NCBI GenBank assembly: GCA_944363665.1 | Contig: CALVUS010000001.1 | Span: 1-52,462 of the forward strand | DNA length: 52,462 bases | Direction: 5' to 3' | From: an uncultured Bacilli bacterium | GTDB taxonomy: Bacteria; Bacillota_I; Bacilli_A; RF39; UBA660 | Part shown: positions 25,643-34,523 of the stretch, piece by piece | Layout of the letters: every line of letters starts with the position of its first letter | How positions within the stretch are numbered: position 1 is the first letter of the stretch | Program-made: the position numbers and the translations under genes | Notes under the pieces: model-generated | What the model saw: the letters and a program-made list of their open reading frames with translations, nothing else | Told to the model about the DNA's origin: nothing | Databases searched by the model: none

Positions 25643-26749
25643 TCATTTTCGATCAATAATTATTAAAGGAATATACACTTCATCATCACTATATCCGGCA
25701 TGATGTGAATAAAGCATTGAACTATCATGAGTAACTAAAGCTTTGTTCGAGTCCTCTGCAATTGCTATGAAATCCCCAATAGCACTTTCAAATAATGGAT
25801 TTTCTTCACCATCCCCAAATAACTTACTAGCAATTACTTCATCCTTAGTATACAACCTGAAGTACTCTCCAAATAATTTTTTAAATAATTTAGCAAACTC
25901 ATCATGCATTCCAGTCTTTACTTTAAATGAAACTGCTCTTTCTTCTAGAGATGGAACTCTTTCTAGCATAGCCATTAAGTCGGGATAATCATCAAGTAAT
26001 ATATTATCAACAACAATATGCCCATGGTCAGCTACTACAAAAACTAATGTATCATTAAGATTCTTACAAAACTTTTCAACTTTATCATTACGTTCTTTAA
26101 TTAACTTTCTTACTTCATTACTATCTGGTCCAAAATCATGCATCGTATAATCCGGTTCATCATTATATGCATAGATATACTTTTTCCCATCATTAGCACA
26201 TTCTCTAGCAATAATATTAAACATTTCATCTAAATTTTTATAAGCAGTATCCCCAAAAGGAAACAATGAAACTCCACTATATTCACCATTATCATTAATT
26301 TCTTCCGTAATATCTTTATAATTAAAGTATTTCTTTTTTACACTATCAAAACCACTATTATATTCCCCATCATCTTTATTAGTTCCAAAAAACATTTTTA
26401 TTGTTTTATCAAGTGGTTCAATATATGTATACCACCCCAAATATCCGTGTTCTACCGGATTAAGTCCTGTTCTCATTGAAATTGTTGCTGCCGTAGTTGT
26501 TGCTGGAAAAACAGTTGTTATTTCCCTAGCCATATGCTTAACTAAAAATGCATCCTTATCTAAATTTCTTTTAAGTATTTTAGAACCCATTCCATCAAAT
26601 AAAATTACTACTACATTTTTAGGTTTCTTTTCACTCAACAACTTATCAACATAATCTAATGTATTATGTTGATATTCTAGCCCAAAATATTTTCTAATTG
26701 AACAAGCTAAATTTGTAATACATTCATTATAGTTATTTTTTACAATCAT
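25643..26749 (-). CDS. Alkaline-phosphatase-superfamily nucleotide pyrophosphatase/phosphodiesterase-like protein
   Basis: 368 aa; VVILFDGMGS metal site, FPATTTAATISMRTG nucleophile region, VVADHGH. Confidence 0.7.
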   Translation of the reverse strand: MIVKNNYNECITNLACSIRKYFGLEYQHNTLDYVDKLLSEKKPKNVVVILFDGMGSKILKRNLDKDAFLVKHMAREITTVFPATTTAATISMRTGLNPVEHGYLGWYTYIEPLDKTIKMFFGTNKDDGEYNSGFDSVKKKYFNYKDITEEINDNGEYSGVSLFPFGDTAYKNLDEMFNIIARECANDGKKYIYAYNDEPDYTMHDFGPDSNEVRKLIKERNDKVEKFCKNLNDTLVFVVADHGHIVVDNILLDDYPDLMAMLERVPSLEERAVSFKVKTGMHDEFAKLFKKLFGEYFRLYTKDEVIASKLFGDGEENPLFESAIGDFIAIAEDSNKALVTHDSSMLYSHHAGYSDDEVYIPLIIIDRK

Positions 26750-27087
26750 TATAAATCTTCCTCACTTAATAATGGTATTATATCAATGCCAGGCTCTTCA
26801 TATGGATGAACCTCTCTTATTACTTCAATTATTCCTTTGGCATCTTCAATATTACATTGTACTTCTAATTTTTCTTCATTAACATATTCCACATTTCCCA
26901 CATTACCTAAAAATGGATTAGCATCTTTATTAGGTTTAAATGTTCCAATAATTTTTGAAGAATTTGAACAATGAGTATAATTACCAATTATTCCTGCACC
27001 AGCATCAAGAATAGCATTTCTAACAACATCTAAATAATCTTCTGGAATATTTACAACAATCTTTACTTTATTTATATTTATATGCAT
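26749..27087 (-). CDS. Small ferredoxin-fold protein resembling the NIF3/YqfO insert domain
   Basis: 112 aa; pattern ...KIVVNIPEDYLDVVRNAILDAGAG.IGNY.HC...HPYEEP recalled from stand-alone YqfO-like proteins; 1-nt overlap with the downstream gene. Confidence 0.4.
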   Translation of the reverse strand: MHININKVKIVVNIPEDYLDVVRNAILDAGAGIIGNYTHCSNSSKIIGTFKPNKDANPFLGNVGNVEYVNEEKLEVQCNIEDAKGIIEVIREVHPYEEPGIDIIPLLSEEDL

Positions 27088-27128
27088 AATTACCTCACTT
27101 ATCTAAAGTGTACCATATATTTTTCCAC

Positions 27129-27161
27129 TTAAAAAGCATTAAAAGCAAAATCTTTTAATGC
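27129..27161 (-). terminator. Rho-independent terminator after the aldo-keto reductase gene
   Basis: 10-bp stem GCATTAAAAG / CTTTTAATGC (27136-27145, 27152-27161) followed on the minus strand by TTTTT. Confidence 0.75.
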
Positions 27162-27168
27162 CTATAAA

Positions 27169-28029
27169 TTATTTATCTCTTCTTTCGTAAACCATTTTAT
27201 CAAACCATTCAACCATGTTAGGATCTTGATGGTTAAAGAATAATGAATCACTCGTATCAAGTGCTTTTATTGCATCCATGTCTTCACTTGATAATTCAAA
27301 ATCAAATACATTGAAGTTTTCTTCCATTCTTTCAATATGTGTTGATTTACAAGCAATAATTACTCCTCTTTGAATTAACCAACGAAGTATTACTTGAGCA
27401 GCACTCTTATTATATTTCTTACCAATTTCCACTAAAGTCGGATTACTAAACATATTGTTTTTACCTTCACCAAATGGTGCCCATGCTTCAATATGTACCC
27501 CATATTTTTCCATATTTTCTTGGGCCTTAAATTGAGCATTTAGGGGATTTGTTTCCACTTGATTAACGGCAGGTACAACTTTTCTACCAAATAAACACAT
27601 ATCAGTAAGTCTATCTGGATAAAAATTACTTACTCCAATTGCTCTAATTTTTCCTTCCTCATATAAATCTTCTAGTGCTCTATATGCTCCATAATAATTA
27701 CTAAATGGTTGATGTAATAAAACTAAATCGATATAATCAGTTTTAAGTTTTTTTAGCGATTCTTCAACAGATGCCTTACATTTTTCATAACCATAATTAT
27801 CAATCCATACTTTCGTAGTTATAAAAAATTCTTCTCTTGGTATACTACTTTCTTTAATAGCATCCCCAACTTCTGCTTCATTAAAATAACTTTGTGCTGT
27901 ATCAATTGCTCTAAAGCCTACGTTTATTGCATCCATTACACATTTTTTAGTATCACTCGCAGGTATTTGATAAACACCAAAACCAAGTATTGGCATTTCT
28001 ACCCCATTATTTAATTTTACATATTCCAT
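27169..28029 (-). CDS. Aldo/keto reductase (2,5-diketo-D-gluconate reductase-like)
   Basis: AIDTAQSYFNE, LLHQP and IAWAPFGEG-type blocks. ATG 28029 (MEYVKL...) lies 7 nt after GGAAGGAG, while the ORF-track ATG 28035 is too close to the RBS. Confidence 0.9.
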   Translation of the reverse strand: MEYVKLNNGVEMPILGFGVYQIPASDTKKCVMDAINVGFRAIDTAQSYFNEAEVGDAIKESSIPREEFFITTKVWIDNYGYEKCKASVEESLKKLKTDYIDLVLLHQPFSNYYGAYRALEDLYEEGKIRAIGVSNFYPDRLTDMCLFGRKVVPAVNQVETNPLNAQFKAQENMEKYGVHIEAWAPFGEGKNNMFSNPTLVEIGKKYNKSAAQVILRWLIQRGVIIACKSTHIERMEENFNVFDFELSSEDMDAIKALDTSDSLFFNHQDPNMVEWFDKMVYERRDK

Positions 28030-28070
28030 AAACATTCTCCTTCCATACTATTTTTTTCTAGTACAATTTA

Positions 28071-28101
28071 AATATACCACTTAGGAGTTACTCCCGGCCA
28101 A
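28071..28101 (-). promoter_or_regulatory. Second MerR-type promoter TTGGCC-N19-TATATT driving the aldo-keto reductase gene, with dyad GGAGT-A-ACTCC in the spacer
   Basis: -35 = rc of 28096-28101, 19-nt spacer 28077-28095, -10 = rc of 28071-28076. Shares the blocks CCGGGAGTAAC and TATATTTAAATTGTA with the 25161-25200 site. Confidence 0.7.
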
Positions 28102-28157
28102 TACCTTTTTTTTAAAAAACAAGCAATCTTTATATTTCAATAATTAAATATATTTAA

Positions 28158-28787
28158 TTAAAACTCTTTTTTTAAATAAATCCTTTTAGAAACAAAATAA
28201 GATATTACTAATAAGATTATAGATAATAAAGGTAATAATAAATAATAATATTTGTTAAAAAATTCAACAAAACCGCTTGCATTTTCTAAATCGATACCTG
28301 TAAAAATGAAACCAAGCAATGCGACAATAACAAACACACCTACAAATACTCCAATACGTCCCTTTTCAACTCCAAATTTAAATATTAAAGGAAACATCAA
28401 TGATTCAAATAATACAATAGCAAACACACATCCTAGTATCATTCCAAACATTTCTGAATAGTTAATATTTTGTTCAAAAAATCCCATAATCACTGCGATA
28501 ACAACAGTTACCAAAAGTGCAATCAACCATAAAATTATACTAGCAACATATTTGGATTTAACTATATTTTTTCTTAAAACTGGCAAAGTTATGGCATAAG
28601 CTTCCCACTTGTTATACTCATCATAACTAAATGTTGTCATAAATACCATCATTGAAACAAATACTGGTACAATTACTATAACGTTATTTTCTTGCAAAGC
28701 AATGATTACAAATACTACTAAAAATAATAATACATTTCTAAGATTTCCTTTAATCATGAGTAAATCTTTTTTTACTAAACCTAACAT
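28158..28787 (-). CDS. ABC-2 type transporter permease
   Basis: 209 aa with about 6 TM helices; overlaps the ATPase gene stop; third gene of a GntR-ATPase-permease operon. Confidence 0.7.
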   Translation of the reverse strand: MLGLVKKDLLMIKGNLRNVLLFLVVFVIIALQENNVIVIVPVFVSMMVFMTTFSYDEYNKWEAYAITLPVLRKNIVKSKYVASIILWLIALLVTVVIAVIMGFFEQNINYSEMFGMILGCVFAIVLFESLMFPLIFKFGVEKGRIGVFVGVFVIVALLGFIFTGIDLENASGFVEFFNKYYYLLLPLLSIILLVISYFVSKRIYLKKEF

Positions 28788-29647
28788 GTTTTTTCCCCCT
28801 TTATCATAATTACCATCAATTCTTCTAAAGTTATTTTATCTACTACCATATTTTTATATTTTTTACCTACCTTTTCTTTATCACTTACTAATATTTCATA
28901 ATTGTATTTATTCTTTTTATAAGTAATACAATCATTTTTATCTATTTTATTAAATTCTTCTTCACTGCATTTAAGTATGCCATAATTATCCAAAATATCA
29001 TCCTTAGATTTATTTAATAATACTTTACCATTATCAATAAAAACAATTTCATCAGCAATATGTTCCAAATCACTAGTTATATGAGTTGAAAATAAAATAG
29101 TATGTTCCTCATCTTCAATAAATTTTAAAAATATATCTAAAACTTCATTTCTAACTACAGGATCAAGTCCACTCGTTGGTTCATCAAGTATCAATAACTT
29201 AGGTTTATGAGCTAAAGCTGTAGCAATTTCTAACTTCTTTTTCATTCCTTTTGATAACTTTTTAATACTACTTGTAATAGGTATATTAAATTTTTCCAAA
29301 TAATCATAATATAGTTTACTATCCCAAGTTTTATAAATACTTTGCATTATTGAATTAATATCTTTGGCATTTAATACTTCTGGAAAAAAAGAATTATCTA
29401 AAACTACACCAATATCTTCTTTTATATTTATTTCTTTATTCTTAAGATTTTTGCCAAATATTTTAATTTCACCCTTATTAATTATTAAAATATCTAATAT
29501 AGATTTAATTAAAGTTGTCTTGCCTGCACCATTTTCACCAATTAAACCGATAATTTCCCCAGCTGGAATATCTAAAGAAAGTTCTCCTAATTGAAAGTTA
29601 TCATCATATCTTTTAACTAAATTTTTTATTTCTACTACCTTATTCAT
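28781..29647 (-). CDS. ABC transporter ATP-binding protein
   Basis: Walker A GENGAGKTT, signature LSKGMKKK, Walker B LILDEPTSGLD. Start taken at MNKVVEIKNL (ATG 29647), overlapping the GntR stop. Confidence 0.9.
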   Translation of the reverse strand: MNKVVEIKNLVKRYDDNFQLGELSLDIPAGEIIGLIGENGAGKTTLIKSILDILIINKGEIKIFGKNLKNKEINIKEDIGVVLDNSFFPEVLNAKDINSIMQSIYKTWDSKLYYDYLEKFNIPITSSIKKLSKGMKKKLEIATALAHKPKLLILDEPTSGLDPVVRNEVLDIFLKFIEDEEHTILFSTHITSDLEHIADEIVFIDNGKVLLNKSKDDILDNYGILKCSEEEFNKIDKNDCITYKKNKYNYEILVSDKEKVGKKYKNMVVDKITLEELMVIMIKGEKTC

Positions 29648-30023
29648 TGTTATCATCTCCATAAAATATATCAATTAATTCTTTAAGATCTTCTTTTTTT
29701 ATTTTAAATTGTTTAGCTATATCTACTACATCTTCAATATGTCTTTCAATATCTTTATTTGCTTGTTCTTTCGCAAGCTCAGTATTTTTCGGAGCTACAA
29801 AAGTCCCTTTCCCTTGCCTAGATATTATGTAACCTTCACTTTCTAGCTCATCGTATGCTTTTTTTATTGTCATTACACTTATTTTAATATCCTGCGCTAA
29901 ATTTCTAATCGAAGGTAAAGCTTCATCTTCTTTTAATTCTCCATTCATTATCTGCTCAATCATAGCTTTTTTTATTTGCTCATAAATAGGTACCGAACTA
30001 CTATTACTGATAATTAACTTCAT
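29640..30023 (-). CDS. GntR-family transcriptional regulator, YtrA-like short subfamily
   Basis: 127 aa; winged HTH PIYEQIKKAMIEQIMNGELKEDEALPSIRNLAQDIKISVMTIKKAYDELESEGYI. Confidence 0.85.
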   Translation of the reverse strand: MKLIISNSSSVPIYEQIKKAMIEQIMNGELKEDEALPSIRNLAQDIKISVMTIKKAYDELESEGYIISRQGKGTFVAPKNTELAKEQANKDIERHIEDVVDIAKQFKIKKEDLKELIDIFYGDDNNE

Positions 30024-30033
30024 ATTGCCTCCT

Positions 30034-30070
30034 TGTTATACAGTATATAACACTATATGACAGTTGTCAA
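30034..30070 (-). promoter_or_regulatory. GntR operon promoter TTGACA-N17-TATACT overlapped by the 19-bp palindrome TGTTATA-N5-TATAACA (30034-30052)
   Basis: -35 = rc of 30065-30070, -10 = rc of 30042-30047; perfect 7-bp inverted arms cover the -10/+1 region, consistent with an autorepression operator. Confidence 0.6.
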
Positions 30071-30090
30071 TAAATATTAAAAAAAGAAGA

Positions 30091-31080
30091 TCATTTTCTA
30101 ATCTCCTTATAAATTCTTTGTAATCTTTCTTTTACTTCATTATTAGCAAATATATATGGTATTGAACCAATATTACACTCTAGTAAATCATTTATATCTA
30201 AATTAGTTTCATTTAATATTTTTTCATATTCTTTATTTATATCTATATTAGATACTGTATCATTATCTGTACTAATATTTATTTTTACCCCATCTTTATA
30301 TAATTTTTCTATTGGATGTTTACCGCTTATTGCTTCTGTTTGATAATTACTAGTTACACATACTTCTAGTAGTATCTCTTCATCAATTATTCTTTTTTCT
30401 GTGGCATTATCATCAATACATCTAATTCCATGCCCTATTCTTTTAGTACCAACATCTAAAGCAGCATTAATACTATCAACACTTGCTGCCTCACCAGCAT
30501 GAATTGTGTAAGGAATACCTTCACTTTTAGCATATTTAAATAAACTAGCATAATCCCTTGTTGGATATATAGCTTCTGCACCAGCTAAATCTATGCCAAC
30601 AACTCCTTTACCCAAATACTTTTTAGCAATATTTATAATATTTAAATTATCTTCTTTTGTATCTCCGCGCATCATACAAAGGATAATTCCACCCATAATG
30701 CCCATTTCAAGATTTGCTTTATTAAACCCATTAATAACAGATATTACCACATCATCCAAATTTAAATTATTATCTAAATGTTTATTCGGAGCAAATCTGA
30801 CTTCTGCATATATAACATTTAGTTTGGCAAGTTTCATAAAAAGATTATAGCTAGTTTGTTCCAATCTTCTACAAGTTTGTAGTAACTTACAAGATAAATT
30901 AAATTTTTCTAAATAGTCATTTAAACTTTTAACATTTTCATCAACTTGTAGTTCTTTAAGCAGATCTTTTTTAGTATAATTGATACCATCTTCCAAAGCC
31001 CATTTGAAAGCATCATTTATATCTATTGAACCATCCAAATGTAAATGCAAAACTATTTTGGGGATATCTTCTACAGTCAT
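30091..31080 (-). CDS. add: Adenosine deaminase
   Basis: 329 aa; HLHLDGS, HAGE and STDND metal/catalytic motifs. Confidence 0.9.
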   Translation of the reverse strand: MTVEDIPKIVLHLHLDGSIDINDAFKWALEDGINYTKKDLLKELQVDENVKSLNDYLEKFNLSCKLLQTCRRLEQTSYNLFMKLAKLNVIYAEVRFAPNKHLDNNLNLDDVVISVINGFNKANLEMGIMGGIILCMMRGDTKEDNLNIINIAKKYLGKGVVGIDLAGAEAIYPTRDYASLFKYAKSEGIPYTIHAGEAASVDSINAALDVGTKRIGHGIRCIDDNATEKRIIDEEILLEVCVTSNYQTEAISGKHPIEKLYKDGVKINISTDNDTVSNIDINKEYEKILNETNLDINDLLECNIGSIPYIFANNEVKERLQRIYKEIRK

Positions 31081-31360
31081 TATTTTTCACCAATATCATT
31101 TTATCATAATTTTATAGGTTATTCTATTTTAAATTTATGTGCTAGATAAACGATATTATCGGAAATCTACGCTAATATTGTGTACATTTACATTTTTTTG
31201 TTTTTGCTTTTTAAATAAATGAATATTTCATTATTTATCTCTTTATAATCATAAACAATATAATTATTGTTATCAAAAAGCACTGTGTTTATACTTTTTC
31301 TATATATTTCGCTACTATCAGCCTCGCATTATATTCAATATCATAACATATTTATTTAAT

Positions 31361-31386
31361 ACAAAAACAGGGTTCAAATAACCCTG
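31361..31386 (-). terminator. Rho-independent terminator downstream of the 39-codon ORF
   Basis: CAGGGTT-ATTTG-AACCCTG hairpin (31368-31386) followed on the minus strand by TTTTTGT. Confidence 0.7.
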
Positions 31387-31460
31387 CCTTTACATCCATT
31401 ATACTTAAACTTTCGGAAGAACCGTTATTCAGACTTAAGTTAAACTAATCTTATTGAAAT

Positions 31461-31580
31461 CTATTTATTTAAACAATGTTCATATGTTTTTCTTTCTTTA
31501 GTTCTTATTATTCCTAATACAATCATAAATAATAAAAATATTGTAATTATTATAAAAGGAATTAAAAAAATTAAAAACAT
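31461..31580 (-). CDS. Unannotated 39-aa hydrophobic peptide (small membrane protein, type I toxin-like)
   Basis: Not in the ORF track. ATG 31580 lies 7 nt after GGAGGG (31588-31593). Translation: MFLIFLIPFIIITIFLLFMIVLGIIRTKERKTYEHCLNK, one TM helix plus a basic tail; its own terminator lies 75 nt downstream. Confidence 0.45.
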   Translation of the reverse strand: MFLIFLIPFIIITIFLLFMIVLGIIRTKERKTYEHCLNK

Positions 31581-31687
31581 AAATTATCCCTCCATATAAA
31601 TTATAACAAAAAAACCTAAAAAAAATACTATAATAAATATTTATTGTGAAAAATGAATTTACATTTTATAATATTTTTGGTGATAAA

Positions 31688-32167
31688 ATGTTAGTCAATC
31701 ATGAATTAAAACCAATTTATGATAAAAATTCTCAAATATTAATCCTTGGAAGTATGCCAAGTGTTAAATCTAGAGAAGAAAAATTTTATTATGCTAATAA
31801 AAATAATCGTTTTTGGGAAATATTTGAAATATTATTCAATGTTCAATTTAAAAATAATTATCATAAACAACAATTTCTACTTGAAAATCATATAGCTTTA
31901 TGGGATGTTTTTAAAACATGTGAAATAAATGGATCAAGCGATGCATCCATAAAAAACTATGAATTAAATGATATCGATATGATTATAAATGCCTCAAATA
32001 TTCAAGTTATTTTTTGCACGGGTAAAACTGCATATCAAAGTTTGCTTAAAAATTATAAAACGATTTTGCCTATATTTTATTTGCCCAGTACATCTAGTGC
32101 CAATGCCGCATATAAATTAGGGGATTTAACAAGGGAATATCAAATAATCAAAAAGTATTTATACTAA
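31688..32167 (+). CDS. DNA-deoxyinosine (hypoxanthine) glycosylase, UDG family 6-like
   Basis: LILGSMPS, FYYANKNNRFWEI and LPSTSSANA blocks. Start at ATG 31688 after GGTGA, whereas the ORF-track GTG 31646 lacks an RBS. Confidence 0.7.
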   Translation: MLVNHELKPIYDKNSQILILGSMPSVKSREEKFYYANKNNRFWEIFEILFNVQFKNNYHKQQFLLENHIALWDVFKTCEINGSSDASIKNYELNDIDMIINASNIQVIFCTGKTAYQSLLKNYKTILPIFYLPSTSSANAAYKLGDLTREYQIIKKYLY

Positions 32168-32758
32168 AGTGTTATTTATTTTTTTAGAATAATATTCATC
32201 TAATGTCATATTTGTTTTATATAATTTTTCAGCTAGTTTTAAACCAACAAATCTAAAATGCCATGGTTCATATTGAAATCCTGTTATATTTTCTTTATCT
32301 TTAGGGTATCTAAGTATAAAACCATATTTATATGAATTATTAGCTAACCAAATAGCTTCTTTATCTTCACCTTTTACATTATCATCATAAACACCATTAT
32401 GATAGTAAGCAATATCAATTGCTAAGCCCGTTTGATGCTCACTAGAGCCAGGAAGTGCTATCAAAGTATAAGCTTCAGCTCCTTTTTCTTTAATTAAATT
32501 ATCTAATAACACTTGTTGATAATTATAAGATCTATATCCACTATCAATGATAAATTCAACACCATCCCTTTTAGCATCATTTATCATCAGTTGAATATAG
32601 GGATAAATATCTGCTCTTACCATAGGTTTTAAATTAGGATCCTTATATTTGTGAAAATTATTTTCATTTTGATCCGTAACAACTAAATTTTTAGGACAAT
32701 AATTACGTGGTAATAAATTTTTTTTATTAACTAAAATATCTATTGGTAATTCATTCAT
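32159..32758 (-). CDS. M15B (VanY-like) D-alanyl-D-alanine carboxypeptidase
   Basis: SGYRSYNYQ, SEHQTGLAIDI and EPWHFRF zinc-ligand blocks. Confidence 0.85.
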   Translation of the reverse strand: MNELPIDILVNKKNLLPRNYCPKNLVVTDQNENNFHKYKDPNLKPMVRADIYPYIQLMINDAKRDGVEFIIDSGYRSYNYQQVLLDNLIKEKGAEAYTLIALPGSSEHQTGLAIDIAYYHNGVYDDNVKGEDKEAIWLANNSYKYGFILRYPKDKENITGFQYEPWHFRFVGLKLAEKLYKTNMTLDEYYSKKINNTLV

Positions 32759-33969
32759 AAATTAAACTCCCCATTTTTAAATATTAGCATTTTACCATTT
32801 TTAGTTTCAGCAACAATATTTAAATCATCAGTCCCAATCATAAAATCAACATGGTTATTGGAGTGATTTAGACCTTTTTTTCTTCGCATCTCAACATTTT
32901 CATCTTCAGCTCCTTTTAAACATTCTGGAAATGCATCACCCAGTGCTATATGACAAGAAGCATTTTCATCTAAACAAGTTTCGCCATAAATGAAATTAGT
33001 TTGGGCTATCGCCGTATTCTTATCAACTAATGCACATTCTCCTAAGAAACATGAGTATTCATCACTTTCAATAATACCTTTTAATATTTCTTTACCTACT
33101 TCTGCATCATAATCTACTACTTTACCATTTTTAAATTTAACCCAAAATTTATCGACAAGTGCTCCCCCATACATAAGAGGTTTTGATGCATAAACTACTC
33201 CCTCTGTTAATCTATAATCTGGTGAAGTAAATGCTTCATAAGTTGGCATATTAACTATGACATCACTACCATCATATCCCGCACATTGCCATAAGGCATC
33301 CGGAGAAAGTCCAATAACCAAATCAGTTCCTAAAGAATTTGTATAATGCATTTTTGTAATTTGCAATTCGTTCAATTTACTTACTAACATTCTTTGTCTA
33401 TCCAAAAATTTGTTCCACTCTTCTATCGGATTTTCCCTATCGACCATTGTACAATGACACATCAATTTAAAGTATTCATTATAAGCATCATCTTCGCTTA
33501 AATCTGGAAACTTTTCCTTTGCCCATATCTTATTGGGAATAACTGCAATACACCAGGAAATTTCATTTTTTAATTGTTTTTCTTTATAAATTGGTTTACT
33601 TGTCCTTGTTTTAAGAGAAGCTGCAGTCATATTTTCTGATGGAATATCTGCAAAATAGCCAGGAAATTCTGTTGACAACATCAAGAATGCTGCATCCTTC
33701 TTAGCATATTCATCCCAAATAGCATCATCAAAGTAATCATCATTATTTATTTCTTCAACACTTTGAAGTAATTTTTGATGTCTTTCTTCTTTATCATTTC
33801 TATCCAAATAAATATCTTCTATTCCTCTTGATTTTGCTTTATTGACTAGTTTTTCTACAAAAGCATCATTATCACTATAATAATTAATAAACAAAGAATT
33901 ACTCTTTTTAAAACACAAACATCTATCGATTAATAAATCGACATATTTATTTTCTAATTCTTCAATCAT
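32755..33969 (-). CDS. Peptidase M29 aminopeptidase (AmpS/PepS-like)
   Basis: 404 aa; HIALG... and NHSNNHVDFMIG C-terminal metal-binding blocks typical of M29. Confidence 0.8.
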   Translation of the reverse strand: MIEELENKYVDLLIDRCLCFKKSNSLFINYYSDNDAFVEKLVNKAKSRGIEDIYLDRNDKEERHQKLLQSVEEINNDDYFDDAIWDEYAKKDAAFLMLSTEFPGYFADIPSENMTAASLKTRTSKPIYKEKQLKNEISWCIAVIPNKIWAKEKFPDLSEDDAYNEYFKLMCHCTMVDRENPIEEWNKFLDRQRMLVSKLNELQITKMHYTNSLGTDLVIGLSPDALWQCAGYDGSDVIVNMPTYEAFTSPDYRLTEGVVYASKPLMYGGALVDKFWVKFKNGKVVDYDAEVGKEILKGIIESDEYSCFLGECALVDKNTAIAQTNFIYGETCLDENASCHIALGDAFPECLKGAEDENVEMRRKKGLNHSNNHVDFMIGTDDLNIVAETKNGKMLIFKNGEFNL

Positions 33970-34016
33970 TTCTTCACCCTAATAAAAGTATAGCACAAAA
34001 ATATAATAAAATTCTA

Positions 34017-34466
34017 TTATTCTATTGTAAATTCGGCAGCTACATGTCTATTATCATATGGATTTTTTTTACTTGAAAAATCTTTAACAATTCTATACTT
34101 TCCGTTTTCTAATGAACCATAAAGCCATTTCCAATCAACTTCCATAGTTAACTTATTGTCCTCTCCAACAGAATGACCAATCGCATGCCAGCCGACATTA
34201 CCTTCCACAATATCTTCAAGTTCATACCACTTACCATCTTCTAGTTTATCAATTCTATACCATTCACCATAAGTATTATCTTCTCCGGATAAATCAGTAA
34301 TAACAATTACTGCACCTGTATTTGTAAGTGTTCCTTCAACAATTTCCATAGTAACGTTATCCACCGGATTAAATTCCGCCTCGTTACTTTTTAATTGTGA
34401 CATCACTATAACCCCTACAATACATATAACCAACACCACACATATAACAATAATGCTCTTCCTCAT
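34017..34466 (-). CDS. Hypothetical membrane-anchored protein
   Basis: 149 aa; N-terminal TM helix and a beta-rich extracytoplasmic domain; family not recognised. Confidence 0.5.
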   Translation of the reverse strand: MRKSIIVICVVLVICIVGVIVMSQLKSNEAEFNPVDNVTMEIVEGTLTNTGAVIVITDLSGEDNTYGEWYRIDKLEDGKWYELEDIVEGNVGWHAIGHSVGEDNKLTMEVDWKWLYGSLENGKYRIVKDFSSKKNPYDNRHVAAEFTIE

Positions 34467-34523
34467 AGCTCCTCCTTATAAAAATTATAACAAAAAGGAT
34501 ATGTTTTTTATTAAACACACCTT

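Noticed and set aside
25743-25988. Antisense ORFs within the phosphodiesterase gene; also within the ABC permease (28252-28461), the ABC ATPase (29364-29594), add (30593-30850), the alcohol dehydrogenase gene and its upstream neighbour (34453-34689), the NatA-like gene (35635-35838) and the NatB-like gene (37169-37372)
   Set aside because: Each lies opposite a motif-supported gene and is a short, low-complexity translation.
31081-31360. Possible purine riboswitch in the long leader region upstream of add
   Set aside because: I read the minus strand for the conserved purine-riboswitch cores (GGATATGG-type J1/2-P2, GTTTCTACC, CCGTAAA, GACTA) and found none. Only weak AT-rich hairpins are present.
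30091-32167. Functional link between adenosine deaminase and the neighbouring hypoxanthine-DNA glycosylase (both concern deaminated adenine)
   Set aside because: The genes are divergent, separated by 560 bp containing another transcription unit and a terminator. Adjacency alone does not support co-function.
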